Assembly (NCBI GenBank): GCA_001179505.1
Contig: CDMY01000356.1
Location: forward strand, 62,001-126,000
Source: Vitrella brassicaformis CCMP3155
Lineage: Eukaryota > Protista > Chromerida
Length of the DNA: 64,000 bases
Direction: 5' to 3'
The position numbers and the translations under genes are program-made. The first letter of the stretch is position 1. Each line of letters begins with the position of its first letter. Shown in pieces: positions 37,501 to 49,904 of the stretch. Under the pieces are notes generated by a model. It saw nothing but the letters and a program-made list of their open reading frames with translations, was not told the origin of the DNA and made no database searches.

Positions 37501-40500
37501 GTCACCCTTTGTCGCATTCACGCGAGATCTCCTGGAGCGCAAAGGGGCCGCTGCCCCTCTCACCATTCGAGGCCGGACACGAGTCAACGTGCAGACGCCG
37601 ATGGGCCTGCTCGACCTCGACGGCCTGCCCATCACATCCAAGCTCAACCTGACAAGCGGCGACCAGCGGGAGGAGGATGCCCTGCAGGTCTCCGTCGATG
37701 ACTTCAAGCTCACGGGCGACTTCGACAACCTCACTGCTCCGGCAATCGCCCAGAGCCTCACGGACGTTGGCAGGAGCACGTCGCCCGATGGCTGGGTGGC
37801 CATGGAGATCGCCACCACCCTGACGTCCAGATACCTCATCACCATCGACTTCGGCAACCTGGCCCTGTCCGCCGCCCTGAGATACGGCAACCAGGATATC
37901 GGCGTGGTGGAGACGGACGGGCCTTTCATGCTCAAGGCGGGTGACAGCCAGCTGCGGCTGAGAGGCTACCTCTGGCGCACAGTGAGGAACAAGCGGCAAC
38001 TCAGCGACCTGTTGCAGGCGGCCATGGGGGGTGCAGAGGGTGGCGGGGATGCCAGAATACAGCTGGAGGGAGTAAGGCTGGCGTATCCCCTGGGGTCTAA
38101 GCAGGAGGGTGGGAAGGGGCTTCCCGGCTGGGTGCCCAAGGTGGCGCAGGTCGTCAAGTTCGACACAACCATACCAAGGTCAGTCAGTCAGCATGAATGA
38201 GCGAGCACACAGGCAGGCACGCACACGCCCTTCGTGTGTGGTCAGCTTCGGCTCCCCAGCAGACTTTCTGAAGCCACTCGACGTCTCGTCTGTCGCCCTC
38301 GCCCCCGTCGTGAATCGACCGACAGACGTGGACGTCCACCTGGGCACAAATCTCACCTTCGGCGGGCCTCTGATGCCCTCCCTCACTATGACCTTCACAG
38401 ACGTCGTATTGGGGGGAGACCTTTCCGCGGGGCCCGGCCAACTCGGCGCTTTATCGCTCAAGTCCAGCAAGATGGCGACTGGGACAGGGGGAGGTGGCGT
38501 GCTGCTCAACCTCGGGGGCCGGATGAAGCTGCCTGAGCAGGGGGACGCCCTGACGGCCTTCATTGAGGACTTCCTCAACAGCACAGACCGGCAGCATGAC
38601 CTTGCATTGGCGGGCACATTCAGTGGCCGCGTGGACCTCGGCACACTGGGCGTTCCCATCGACCTGACAGACGTCGCCCTCAACCAGACCCTGCCGCTCG
38701 AGAGCTCTCTGGATACCTTCGGCGTCGAGGTTGCGGGTGTTGAGTTCACGGGGGAGGATCGGAATGGCGGCCTTGCGATGGACATCTTCATCAACATCAC
38801 CAACCCCTCGCCCGCCCAAGTCACCCTCGGCGACCTGCGGCTCAACGTCTTCCTGCTACCAGTCGAGGGCGAGCCTGTCGACGCGCCAATGGTGCCCATC
38901 GGCCACGTGGACGTGAGGCAGTATGTGCTCAAGCGGAACGAGCACGAAAGCAAGTGCACGGGCATCCTGATGCCGGCCGCCGAAGACATGGATGCGGTGT
39001 CTGCGCGTATAAGCAGGTTCCTGCAGGGGAAGACCCTCTCTGTGCGGACGGTGCTCGATGAGACCTACAAAACATCCAACACCCCGCCTCCATGGCTGCA
39101 AAACGTCATCCATGGCCTTGACCTGAAGTCTGAGCTACCCTCCCTGGCCAGCGTGACGGCCGGGGCGGACTCGAAGCTGGTCGACTCCCTGGTGATCAAT
39201 GACTTCTATCTGCGGCTGGACGAGGTGGAGGACGGGGCGGAGGAGCCTGCCATTCCACTGAAGGGCGTGCTGGAGGTGGTGGTCAACAACCCTCTGGGGT
39301 CGGCTACCAAGATGAGCATAGAGTCCCTGGGGATGTCTCTGTCTCTTCTGGACGGGAAGGCGGAGGACGCACCTGTCCTGGGGAGGCTTGAAATCCCGCC
39401 AGTCGAGATCAAGGACTCCCGATTCGTCAACGGGGTAAGAACGAAACCACAAACACTACGACGAAGCTACCAACCAACCAACCAACCAACCAACCGGTGT
39501 CTTGACTGACATGTTTGCTCTGGTCTCTCTAACATCAGGATGACGACTACAGCCAGATTGCGTTGACCATCCCGCTGTCCACTCCGCTAATGCTCGATGA
39601 CGTGGACAACACAGCCGCCTTCGCCAAGCGGCTGCTCAGCGCTGTTGAGAGCGGTGCAGCGTCCAACACGACTGATGCGCTTCGGGTGATTGGGGGCGCT
39701 GACGCGGTCGTGTCGACCCCAATGGGACGGCTGTCGCTCACCGACCTGCAAGTCGATGAGGAGCTGCCGCTGACGGGCCCGGCAAGGGAGGAGGAAGAGA
39801 CCGCTGTGCCCCTGTTCGAGGTGCAGAATTTTACCGTCGAGGAGTTCCTGTTCCTTGAGGACTCGGGCTCATCGCCGATCACCCCGGACTTCCCGCTCGA
39901 GTCGCAAGAAGCCGACACCCCCTCGCCCCCTCTCTCACCTGGCGGCGACCCCCTCACGCCCTCTGACCCCTCCACGGACACCTCCACGGACACCTCCACT
40001 CCCTCCGAGCCTTCCCTTCCTTTTTTCCCGCCGCCCCCGCCCCCCCAGCCGGAGCCACCAGGGCTGCCGAATGGAGACCAATTCTTCGTCGACGGCTTAT
40101 TTGGCCGCCGTGACCGGGCTACCTTTTTTGGGCCGCCGCGAGCGCTGCAGCGGCGTGGCCAGATCGCCAACGGCATGAGGGTTTCGTTGGGCCTGGCTGT
40201 ACGAAATCCCGCGCCGATTGGGCTGGCATTGGGCGATCTTAAGTGGAGCGTGAGAAGGGATGACGTCACGATTGGCGAGCTGAGGACGATGGACGTCATT
40301 CTGGCACCTGGGTCGGATGAGTCGGCTGTGAAGGTGAGAGGCACGCTGCAGGCGCCTCCGGGTGTGGACTCTGAGGCCTTTTTCACTGAGCTGGTGGGCG
40401 AGATGTTTGGTGACGACCAAGCGGCACTACAGCTGACACCGAGACCGATGAGGGAAGGGGCACCCGACTGGCTGACAAGAATTGTCAACGGCGTCTCAGT

Positions 40501-43500
40501 GTCCGTGCCTGTCAACGGGTAAGTGCATGCCTAAGAGTTGTGTATCCATCCATGCATGTGTGTGTGTACTTGCCCTCTCTCTCTCTGTGTCTACCCTTTG
40601 CAGCATCCTGAGCAGTGACTCCCTGGTCGCCTCACTTGACGTCTCCTCCCTGAGCCTCATCCCTCTGGGTGGCCAGGAGGTGCAGCTCAAGGGCTCCCTC
40701 ACCATCACAGCCAACAACCCCCTCGGGGCCAACGTCGACATCGGCGTGTCGGAGCTGGGACTCAGCGGCACTCTCTACGGCCCCTCCTCCAAGCCTATAT
40801 GCGTTCTGCGCGTCCCGTCGCAGACTGCAGTGGTCTTGACTGGCGACAATCTCGACGTCGAGCCCAACCAGATTGTGGTGGGCTATGACTTCGAGGGCAC
40901 ACTGACCATGGAGGAGGACGGCGAGGCCTTTGCCGATCTGGTCGAGTCGATGCTATCTAAGGGCCCATCCTCGGCAGCCCGGTCGCTGGCGATGCAGCTT
41001 ATGGGCACGTCGGCAGTCACCGTCATCAGCCCCCTCGGCACGCTCCCTCTCGACAAGGTGCGGATCGACAATGCCATGCCCCTGCTGAAGGAAGGCAGCG
41101 AGGCCATCGACCTCTCCAACGCCTCGCTCGGCGACATCAAGTTCGGCTCGCCGCCCCGCGGCCAAGAGGGCGTCACCTTCACCACCAATCTGGAGGTCGA
41201 CCTCCCTGCTTCCTTCCCGCTCAGCCTCGACTTTGGCAGTGCTACCTTCGACCTCACCTTCACGCCTCCGGTCGACAACGCCACTCGTGCTGTGCTCGGT
41301 GACATCACACTGACGCCCCTGGCCCTCAAGAGGGGCACCAACAAGATCCCCGTGGAGGGCTCGCTCGTGCCGCCCACCACCGACAGCGACCGTGCCGGTC
41401 TCAACTCATTCGTGTCGCGGTACGTTGCGGGCAAGCCGGCAGCGTTGAAGGTGGTGGGCAAGTCCATCTATCTAGAGGACACCTTACCATCGCGAGCGAG
41501 CCCCAAATGGCTGCAGAAGGTGGCGGCGGCGCTTGTGGTGGAGATGGATGTGCCGGGGGGCAGCAAGGCGGCCTTCGGTGACATTTCTGTGAAGGACCTC
41601 GGCATCACCGCCCGTCGCGGGAGCGACGATGGGGTCAACAATGCCATCCGCTTTGAGGCTGTCGTCTCGGCTGAGCTGATCAACCCCCTCGGCCCCGACT
41701 CGCCCGTCACCGTTGACCGAGCTGCTGTGGCCATGAAGCTCATGAGAGGGGACGCCATACTCGGATCTCTGGATAGCGGCCTGCTGGAGGCGGGCTCTGG
41801 CTCGTCGCGCGGCAGCAAGCAGATGGTGACGCTGCCCTTCAAGAAGACCGAGCTCGTCTTCCCTGACAGGGGCAGAGCCTTCGGCGCTCTGGCCGCTGAC
41901 CTACTGAAGAGCGACACGGAGGGCGAAAGCCCCTCCCTCACCATCGACGGCACCATTGCGGCATATGTCTCGTCGGATCTCGGCCCTCTGCATCTGACCG
42001 AGCTGCCCCTGTCCACAAACGTCACTCTCTCCGGCCTTGACATTGCTGTCGAGTCCGACGGAGGGCTGCGTGAGTGGGGGCTGACCGACGCCAGTGATGG
42101 CTTTCAGCTCGACGCAACCGTGGCATTCGATGTGGGAGGGTCGGCATCTTCGTCGACGGGTGCATCGATGTCGCTCATCGACCTGGGCGCGGTCATGCTC
42201 GACGCCTACATGGGCGGGAAGCGCCTCCTCCGCCTCACCGCACCCAGCCTGCGGCTCGTCGACGGCAGCAACACCCTCAAGATCCTGGGCCAGATGACCC
42301 CCAAGTACACCGACATTCCCACTGCGGCCAGCCTCATGTCGTCGGTCGTGTCGGGCGATAGCGTGAAGCTCACCGTCAGGGGGGCGGAGGGGGACGACTC
42401 AAATTCCCCTGAATGGGTGAAGGCGGCTGTGTCTGCGCTGGAGCTGGAGGTGCCGGTGAAGATCACCGCTGAGAGGGGCGGCGGTGGGCGTGAGGAGGGT
42501 GAGAGCGCTTCGCCTTTCCTGAGGGATGTCGAGGTCGGCGGCATCGTGCTGGATTTCGTGAGGGGAAAAGACCCCTTCCTGGAGGGTAGCGTGGTGGTCG
42601 AATACGCGCTGCCCAAGGGAGTCAACATCTCCTTCGACGTGAATCAGCTGTCCCTTGCCACCAGCATGTCCCGCGCACCTATCTCGGAGGTGGGTGCCGG
42701 TAAGCCCACATCACTCCCCACACAGGTGGGCCGTCTCAGCGTCACCACGGCCGACGTCTCAATCCCCGGCGACTCCAAGTTCCGGGCGGTCTTCGACAAC
42801 GGCGTCATTAAGGTGAAGGACGGCGAGCGGGCCGCGTTTGAGGACTTCCTGTCTGCTGTCTTATATGACTCCGGGGCCACTCGGCTGTACCTGAGTGGTG
42901 AGGCATCACTGGTGCTCGTGACCAGGCTGGGCCAGCTCTCGCTGGATGGCGTCAAACTCGACCTCTCCCAAGACCTCAAACGTATGCAAATACAGCAGGA
43001 GATGGCGGGCGACTGCTTACCTTACTGTGCCTGGTTGCTTTCTCTGTCTCTTTGTAGACTTGGGTGGCATCGACAGCGACTCCGTCAGTCTGGGCACTCT
43101 GCAAGTCTCAGAAGGCCGCGCGGACGGTCTCATCATGAGCACAGAAATTGGCCTCAAGAACGCCGCCTCCTTCGGTGCCCGTCTGGGCGACGTCAAGCTC
43201 GACCTCTACGTGGCCGAGAAGGACCTCCCAGAGCGGCCTCGCCTGAGGCCCCCTCCTCGCAACGGCGGCGGCCTCCTGGCCCCACCCCCTCGGCCCATGC
43301 CTATCCCTATCGAGCAGCAAGCGCCGCCACTGCCTGAGGACGGCGACCTGATGCTCTATGTGGGCCAGGTGACCGTCCGCAACCTGACGCTGCTGCCGGG
43401 GAAAGAGTCCAAGATGCCGATCGACGTCCTGGTGTTCCCCACACGTGAGGGCGACAGCGCCCAGGGGCCCCGCCGGCTTATATCGCAGTATGTGTCGCGA

Positions 43501-44182
43501 AAGGGCAGCGCCACGCTGCTCAAGGGCAGGCAGAACAGCACGAGGGTGCCGCTGGTCAACAAGGCGCTGAGCCGGTGGGAGTCGGGAGTGGCGATATCAG
43601 GGGCCAAGGAGAGCTTCATGCAGGGGGCGGAGCTGGACCTCGCTTCGCTGCCGCTCTTCGGTCGTGGGCTGGAGGTGACTGCCCGTTTGATCATCAAGAA
43701 TCCCTTCCCTGTGGACGTCAAGCTGCTCTACGTCGACTCGACCCTTTTCAAAGACGGCGTGTGAGTACCCACCACCACCGCACACAAAGAGATGGATGAC
43801 ACACACACGTGTTTGTGTGTCCCTCCCTCGCTTTGTGTCTGTCTCGTCTCCCAGCAAGATAGGCCAGACGACGATAGACTGGCGGAATGATCCGATGGTG
43901 ATTCCCGGGGAGTCGACCACCAAGACGGATGCCTACAAGCTCAATGTGGGGGCCGTCACACCACAGGCACTCACCACATTCTGGCAATCGCTCCAGGGAT
44001 ACTCGACCGTTTCGGTGCGTACGTACGTGCCTGCATCACCAGCATAGCATACATGGATGGGATGTGTCTGTCACCCCACCCCCTTCGGTTGTGTGCAGGC
44101 GGAGGGCATTGTTGAGGTTGTTATCGGCGAGTACGGGACGCTCATCGATTACAACGAGGCCACGATACCGACGACATTCTAG
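31516..44182 (+). CDS. Giant (~3,700 aa) type II single-pass membrane protein with ~21 tandem LEA_2/DUF3712-like beta-sandwich units
   Basis: Long ORFs (31516..33084, 33861..35903, 35869..37701, 38109..39509, 39563..40522, 40482..43337, 42946..43764) are linked by short GT-AG introns. Last exon AEGIVEVVIGEYGTLIDYNEATIPTTF*. One TM (ISGIVAAVLFLLMGIGAILFFTVGL) follows a basic cluster. Recurrent NPS..LGDL and NPLG..TPMG.L.L motifs. Length is estimated by hand. Confidence 0.8.
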
Positions 44183-45902
44183 CCATGCAGGCAAACCGGA
44201 TACGTGTCGGTCGGTCGGCTGGTGCGCCATCGCGTTTTTCGGTTCGTCCGCCATGCGTTTCTTGCGCAGTGTGGCATACCATCCATGCACCGGTCGGTCA
44301 TGTAGAGTTAGACATAGCAGCACTCAGTAAGTACGTGGGGGTGATAGGAGAGGCGAGGCGATGCTCTGCACACAAGTACGTTGGTTTGTTGGTCCTTTTT
44401 TTGCCGTCTTTTGATTGACTGATTGATGACCGATTTTATGCATGCGGCTCGCTCGTTCCTGGCTAATTGACAGTGCTCCTGGCACGCACTGTGTGGGTGG
44501 TGGGTGCGATGAGTGGGTGCGATGGGTGGGTGTGGCGGGTGGACATCGACCTATATTTGTGAAGCCACCAAGTGACGCGACACACACTAACTTCTTCTCC
44601 TTCTATGTAGATACTCAATGTAATGTGGACCTCCCTCCTGTGATGTATGGTATGATGTAATGTCTCATGCATCAGCCACATCAACGACCGATCGCAGCCA
44701 CCGTCAGGTATAGATGTCCATAACTGCGGATTGGGGTGGATCGTAGGCAGGAGTGAATAAAACGACCAACACAGGCAGACAGACAGACACACAGGAGGCA
44801 GACAGACAGACACACAGGCAGGCAGACAGACAGGCGGACTGATGGTTGAAGGCAATTAAAGGGGCTGCCCGGGCCGACTCCCTTGCAATTGAGAGCAGGT
44901 CAGGCAGGCACTCAGATGCACGATACGATGTACATGTGTGTGTGTGCATATGCATATGCATGTGTGGTCACACACATCGTTATTTATGTGGGCCGGCCAA
45001 AGTGTCTACCTGCCTGCCTTACCCTACCCCACCTGCCTTCTCTGTGTGTGCCCATGTGCATATACATGTGATTTGATACGATAGATACGTGTGACTTACT
45101 TATATATTGCTATGTAGGGTAGGTAAGTGGAGTGGATGGATGCTGCATACAGTAAGTACTTACACCTGCAATCGATCGATCGCAGCCACTCAGTCACTTT
45201 GTTGTAAGTAAGGAACCCACTGACCGACCGAACAGCACCGCACCATTAATTGAACAAAGGACGTCTTGCACACCTGCGGGATGCATCTGCGTCCGTCGGC
45301 GACTGACTGAGGTCACCAGCAATGTGACGTGGTCAGCGAGAAGACACTGATATACATGAAACAGCGATGCTGCTCGCCCAGCAGCCTCTCAGCTTCCTCC
45401 GTCCCGCGCGCCTTCTGAACGATGTACGGAGAGACACACCACGACATGAGTGGTGTGTGCAGGCTCGTACGTGTGCTCCCGACCAATCCATGGCCCTCTG
45501 CTTCTCTTCCTCGGCTGCCAACTCAATGGCGGCTGATGGACAGCAGAGACGAAACAAGAGACATTACGCGAGACACCACATTTTCCTGCCAGCCATGCAC
45601 AACGTGCTCACCAACTCGGTGTCAGCTGCCGAGACGCATCAGAGCTGAGAGAAGAAAGAGCCGTCTCAAGTGCGGTGGCCAGTTAGTTGAGTTGGTTGGT
45701 CAGGTGCGGTGCGGTGCATTCATTCATTGCGTTTACTTACGTGCATAGACCATCATTCATTCATTCGCCAGCAACGTAACGTCCGTCATATACACAACAC
45801 ACGACAGCCATATATACACACATGTACGTACATACATACGCAATGCGTATGTATGCAGCATCCATCCTCCCATGTACATACATACAACGATATATGCCCG
45901 CC

Positions 45903-46201
45903 NNNNNNNNNNNNNNNNNNNNNNNNNNNNNNNNNNNNNNNNNNNNNNNNNNNNNNNNNNNNNNNNNNNNNNNNNNNNNNNNNNNNNNNNNNNNNNNNNN
46001 NNNNNNNNNNNNNNNNNNNNNNNNNNNNNNNNNNNNNNNNNNNNNNNNNNNNNNNNNNNNNNNNNNNNNNNNNNNNNNNNNNNNNNNNNNNNNNNNNNNN
46101 NNNNNNNNNNNNNNNNNNNNNNNNNNNNNNNNNNNNNNNNNNNNNNNNNNNNNNNNNNNNNNNNNNNNNNNNNNNNNNNNNNNNNNNNNNNNNNNNNNNN
46201 N
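45903..46201. other. Assembly gap (299 N), followed by a poly-C run
   Basis: N characters in the sequence. Confidence 0.99.
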
Positions 46202-46267
46202 NCCCCCCCCCCCCCCCCCCTTCGCCGGGGCGGGTCATCCATCCATCTGCCTGTCCATCCCATCACT

Positions 46268-47082
46268 CTACTCAATCGACTCAAACCGCACGGTATCTCT
46301 CACACTCGCCTCTGCACGACTCACCCACCCCCGCCCCATACCCAACCCACCACCGTCTTCAGCTGCAGCTCCCTGGCCTGGATGCCCCTCGGCTGCCGAG
46401 GCCGACGCCGATGCCTGCGCCTCCTCCAGCTGTGATATCTCTTCAGTCTCGCGCTGGAGGGCCTCTTGGCGGAGCCGCCTTTGACGCTGCCGCTCCTGCA
46501 GACGAAGGGCCACGACCCAAGGCGACACAGACAAATGCACCGCCATGAACGAGAGTGCGGGTGCGTCTTAGTGTCGGTCTATCTGCGTTTCTGCCCCACC
46601 TCCTTCTCCCGTTTCTTGGCCTCGTCGATGATGTCCTGATAGGGATGCTGGTCGAGCCCAAAGAAACTCACCAACACCTCGCCAGCAAATGTCATATCTG
46701 ACATACCAAGACAAGAACAACACCAAACAACACGTGGCCCTCGACCAATCACACGAGTTGCCCGCGGTGCCAGCTTGCTGTGAGCTCGCTTACTGTCCAC
46801 CACACGCTCGCCAACGCGCCACAGGAAGCGGCCCAAGCCACGGCCCTCCCCGCCGGCAACCACATTATCATCATCTCCACTCGCCGGCGCCTCCTGTGCC
46901 GTCCGATGCTGCAGCATCACCCAACCAGCCCCCCGCAAGCCATGCAGAGCGATTTGAGCGTCGCATCTTCCTTCGAGCGCCTGTTCTAGTGTGATGGCCT
47001 CATCTCTCTCTCTGACGCTGTCAAACGATTCGGCGACGTCGCTGAGAGTCCCAGATGACGGACAAGTCGTGAATGACTGCAT
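46268..47082 (-). CDS. Hypothetical protein with FAM177-like C-terminal motif and coiled coil
   Basis: Three exons join in frame: ..RFLWRVGERVVD|NMTFAGEVLVSFFGLDQHPYQDIIDEAKKREKE|ERQRQRRLRQEALQRE.. This resembles the FAM177 pattern FxGExxASxLGIxxPKYQxxIDE, recalled from memory. Confidence 0.5.
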
Positions 47083-47141
47083 TGTGAGTCACCGCGCTGC
47101 CATGTCCGACGCTATCCTCCCCAGATCGTCATCCGCAGCCG

Positions 47142-47149
47142 AGCTCGCA
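47142..47149 (-). promoter_or_regulatory. TGCGAGCT candidate promoter element (FAM177-like / RNase H pair)
   Basis: AGCTCGCA on the plus strand, between ATGs at 47082(-) and 47297(+). Confidence 0.55.
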
Positions 47150-47296
47150 ATCGGGATTCGTTCGTAGTTTCTTTCGCCTTGACGAGAACTGAGAGGACGG
47201 TTGTTTCATTCAGCAACTGTTTCCGACGCTCGATTTCCAGCGCTCGCTCGAGGAAGCCTTGATTGTTGTTGAAGGAGGAGGTTTTTGTCTGCGACG

Positions 47297-48270
47297 ATGA
47301 CGGTGCGCGTGTGGACTGACGGTGAGTGAGGGGAGGGACAACAGGGGGATGCATGGGATTCGATGCCTTCTACATCTCTCTCTCCGCCGCTTCTCTGTGA
47401 GCGCTGCCGCGTGCAGGTGCCTGCCTCGGCAATGACCATCCGCTCGTGCCGGCTGGGCCATCTGGTTCGGCGATGACCATCCTCGGTAAGGGAAGGCACA
47501 GAACACAAGAGACACGACAGGAGGGGGGAAGAACACTGGTGGGTGCGTGTGTGTGTCTGTGTGTGTTGCTTGTGTGTTAGCAACGTCTGTGGTCGTCCGT
47601 TCGGCAAGGAGACGAACCAGCGTGCAGAGTTGGTGGCCGTCATCAAGGCACTCGAGGCGTGCAGGTGCGGGCAGACGTGTGTGACGGCCATCAAACACAA
47701 CGGATGGACTTCTGTGTGCATGTGCAATCTGTGCAGGAATGACCTCAGCACCACCCTGGTCATCTTCACGGACTCCAAGTACACGATCGACTGCATGCGC
47801 AAGTGGCTCAAGAAGTGGAAGAAAAATGGCTGGACCAACTCATCGGGCAATGTAAGTACACTCTCCCACGCGGACCAAAGACATGCAACTCAACATCATT
47901 GCATCATTGCTCTATGTGTGTCGTGTGTATGTGTTGTTCAATCAGGACGTTGCCAACCAGGACCTGATCAAGAAGTTGGACTCCCTCATGCAGGCAGGCA
48001 CAGCCACAACCCAAAACAATACCGACCCGCACGTGTGTATGTGTGGTGTGTGTGTGTGTGGGTCAGGAGCGCAAGAAGGGCGGTGCGCATTGCCACCTCG
48101 AGCACCTGCCGGCCCACAACAACAAACATGGCAACGAGCAGGCCGACCTCATGGCCAAGAGGGCTGCCCAGAATCTGCCCGTGCCTTCCTATCCGGACAG
48201 CATCATCCTCTACGTCAACTACGTCAACTACGATGACGACTCCGACTCCTCCGATGACGACTACTACTAG
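47297..48270 (+). pseudogene. RNase H1, tandem copy A; frameshifted in exon 2 (pseudogene or consensus error)
   Basis: Six exons: VWTDGAC, RAGWAIWFG, TNQRAEL, FTDSKY, WLKKWKKNGW, VANQDLIK and HLPAH..GNEQADLMAK. Only 11 nt (47434-47444) lie between GGCAAT and CGTGCC, which breaks frame. Confidence 0.7.
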
Positions 48271-49904
48271 TCCTCCTCCGATCCCTCCGATCACACACAC
48301 ACACACACACACACACATACATATACACACACACACATACACACACACACATACATGCATACAGGCTGGTGGTAGTGGTGCCTTGGGGGAGGGGGAGGGG
48401 GAAGGAAAGCGGAGGACACGTGTCGGTCTGAGTGTGTACACACAATACAGATACATAGATGACTTACTTACGTCGTATCCATCCATCCATCCACCCATAC
48501 TCACTCGGGCGATGTGGCGGTATGGGTGTTCAGAGGATAGGCTGGCCTGTCATGTGCAGATTAGGGCAGGCAGCTCACCTTGTACAGTCAGTACAGCACC
48601 TGTGAGAGAGCACCTCTCCTTCCATCCACTACACACACACACATAGATACACACAGAGGTGGGTGGGTGTTCCTGTCTTGTCGATATGTGGGGAGGCAGG
48701 CATCTCGCCACACCCAAGAGTTGCATCTCAGGGAGGCACCTCAGTTGCCACCCTCGGATGTTGCCTTGGGTGTGGCGACGTGCCTCCCTTCCCACAGCTG
48801 CGCTTTTTGTCGACGGACAAAAGCAAGCACTAATGGACTGACAGATGAGCGATCGAGCGAGCGAGCGAGCGTGTGCGTCGCTGCAAAGCAAAGGCAACGC
48901 AGCAGAAGCACACGATCGCTGCTTGGCTCGGATCTGGTGGCCTGCCTTGTGGGGGAAGGAAGAGAGAGAGGGCAGACAGCCATGCAAATGGTATGTCTGA
49001 TGCCGCTCTGGGCCTGTGGGTAATGCGCTAATGTAGTGCACGCATGTACACACTTATACAGTATGTATGTACATATGTGGGCGCTGACAGACAGGCCCTC
49101 CCGGGCCCCTGTTTTGTCAGAGTTCGTCTGACAGTCATGACTGACCGACAAACGTGAGTGACGTGACTGAGTGCGATTGATTGGCCGGATGGGTCAATCA
49201 ATGCACCTGTTGTGGGTGGAGCCACTGCTATGTCTCTCATGTCTGTCTGTCTGACTGACTGTCTGTCTGCACCCAGAGCGGAGTGCCTGTACAGAAGGCT
49301 GCGCACACGACGGACGAGTTGGTTCTGAGTGAATCACATCACATCCTCCCGGTGCGATTTGATTTGTCGCGTGTCGTATCGCGATGGTCAGACAGGGCGA
49401 TGCGATGAGGTCGTGTGTGGGCACACATTCGGGCCACCCACTTCAGACACCTTCACCCACCCCCACGCCACACTACACACCAACCGCCATTGCAAAACCC
49501 ACACACATTCCAGCAGCTGGCCACAGCACACCATCACATCAACCCTCATCTCCTCCCTCCTGCGGATGAGTCAGACAGTCAGACAGACAAACGCACGGAG
49601 GGAAGGGTAATTTCACCAGATTCTCTCGCTTCCTGCGCTTGCACAAGACGAACAGAGGACAGTCACTCACCCCCACACGACGGAGACACGGAGAATGGGA
49701 AAAATCCCATCATCCAGGGTGACCGGAAAACGGGACTCCCAACCGTCAACCGCAGCCCGCACATTTGGGCGTTGAGAGTCTTCTTCAGTTGTAGTCGTCC
49801 AGACAAAGGCGAAGGAAGGAATCTTCGGTCAGTTCGAAACTGTTTGGAGCACTTGAGCACAGCTTGTTGGTTGAACGTGAGGCTTGGCTTGCTGCTGCGC
49901 GAAG

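Noticed and set aside
31692-43721. Long minus-strand ORFs opposite the giant gene (38180..38989, 39547..40515 and others)
   Set aside because: These are antisense shadows of GC-rich coding sequence, Ser/Pro-rich and without motifs.
45333-45748. ORFs of 74-108 aa left of the assembly gap
   Set aside because: They show no recognisable motif or exon chain, and the adjacent gap prevents evaluation.
45709-46548. ORFs spanning the N run
   Set aside because: These are artefacts of translating N as X.
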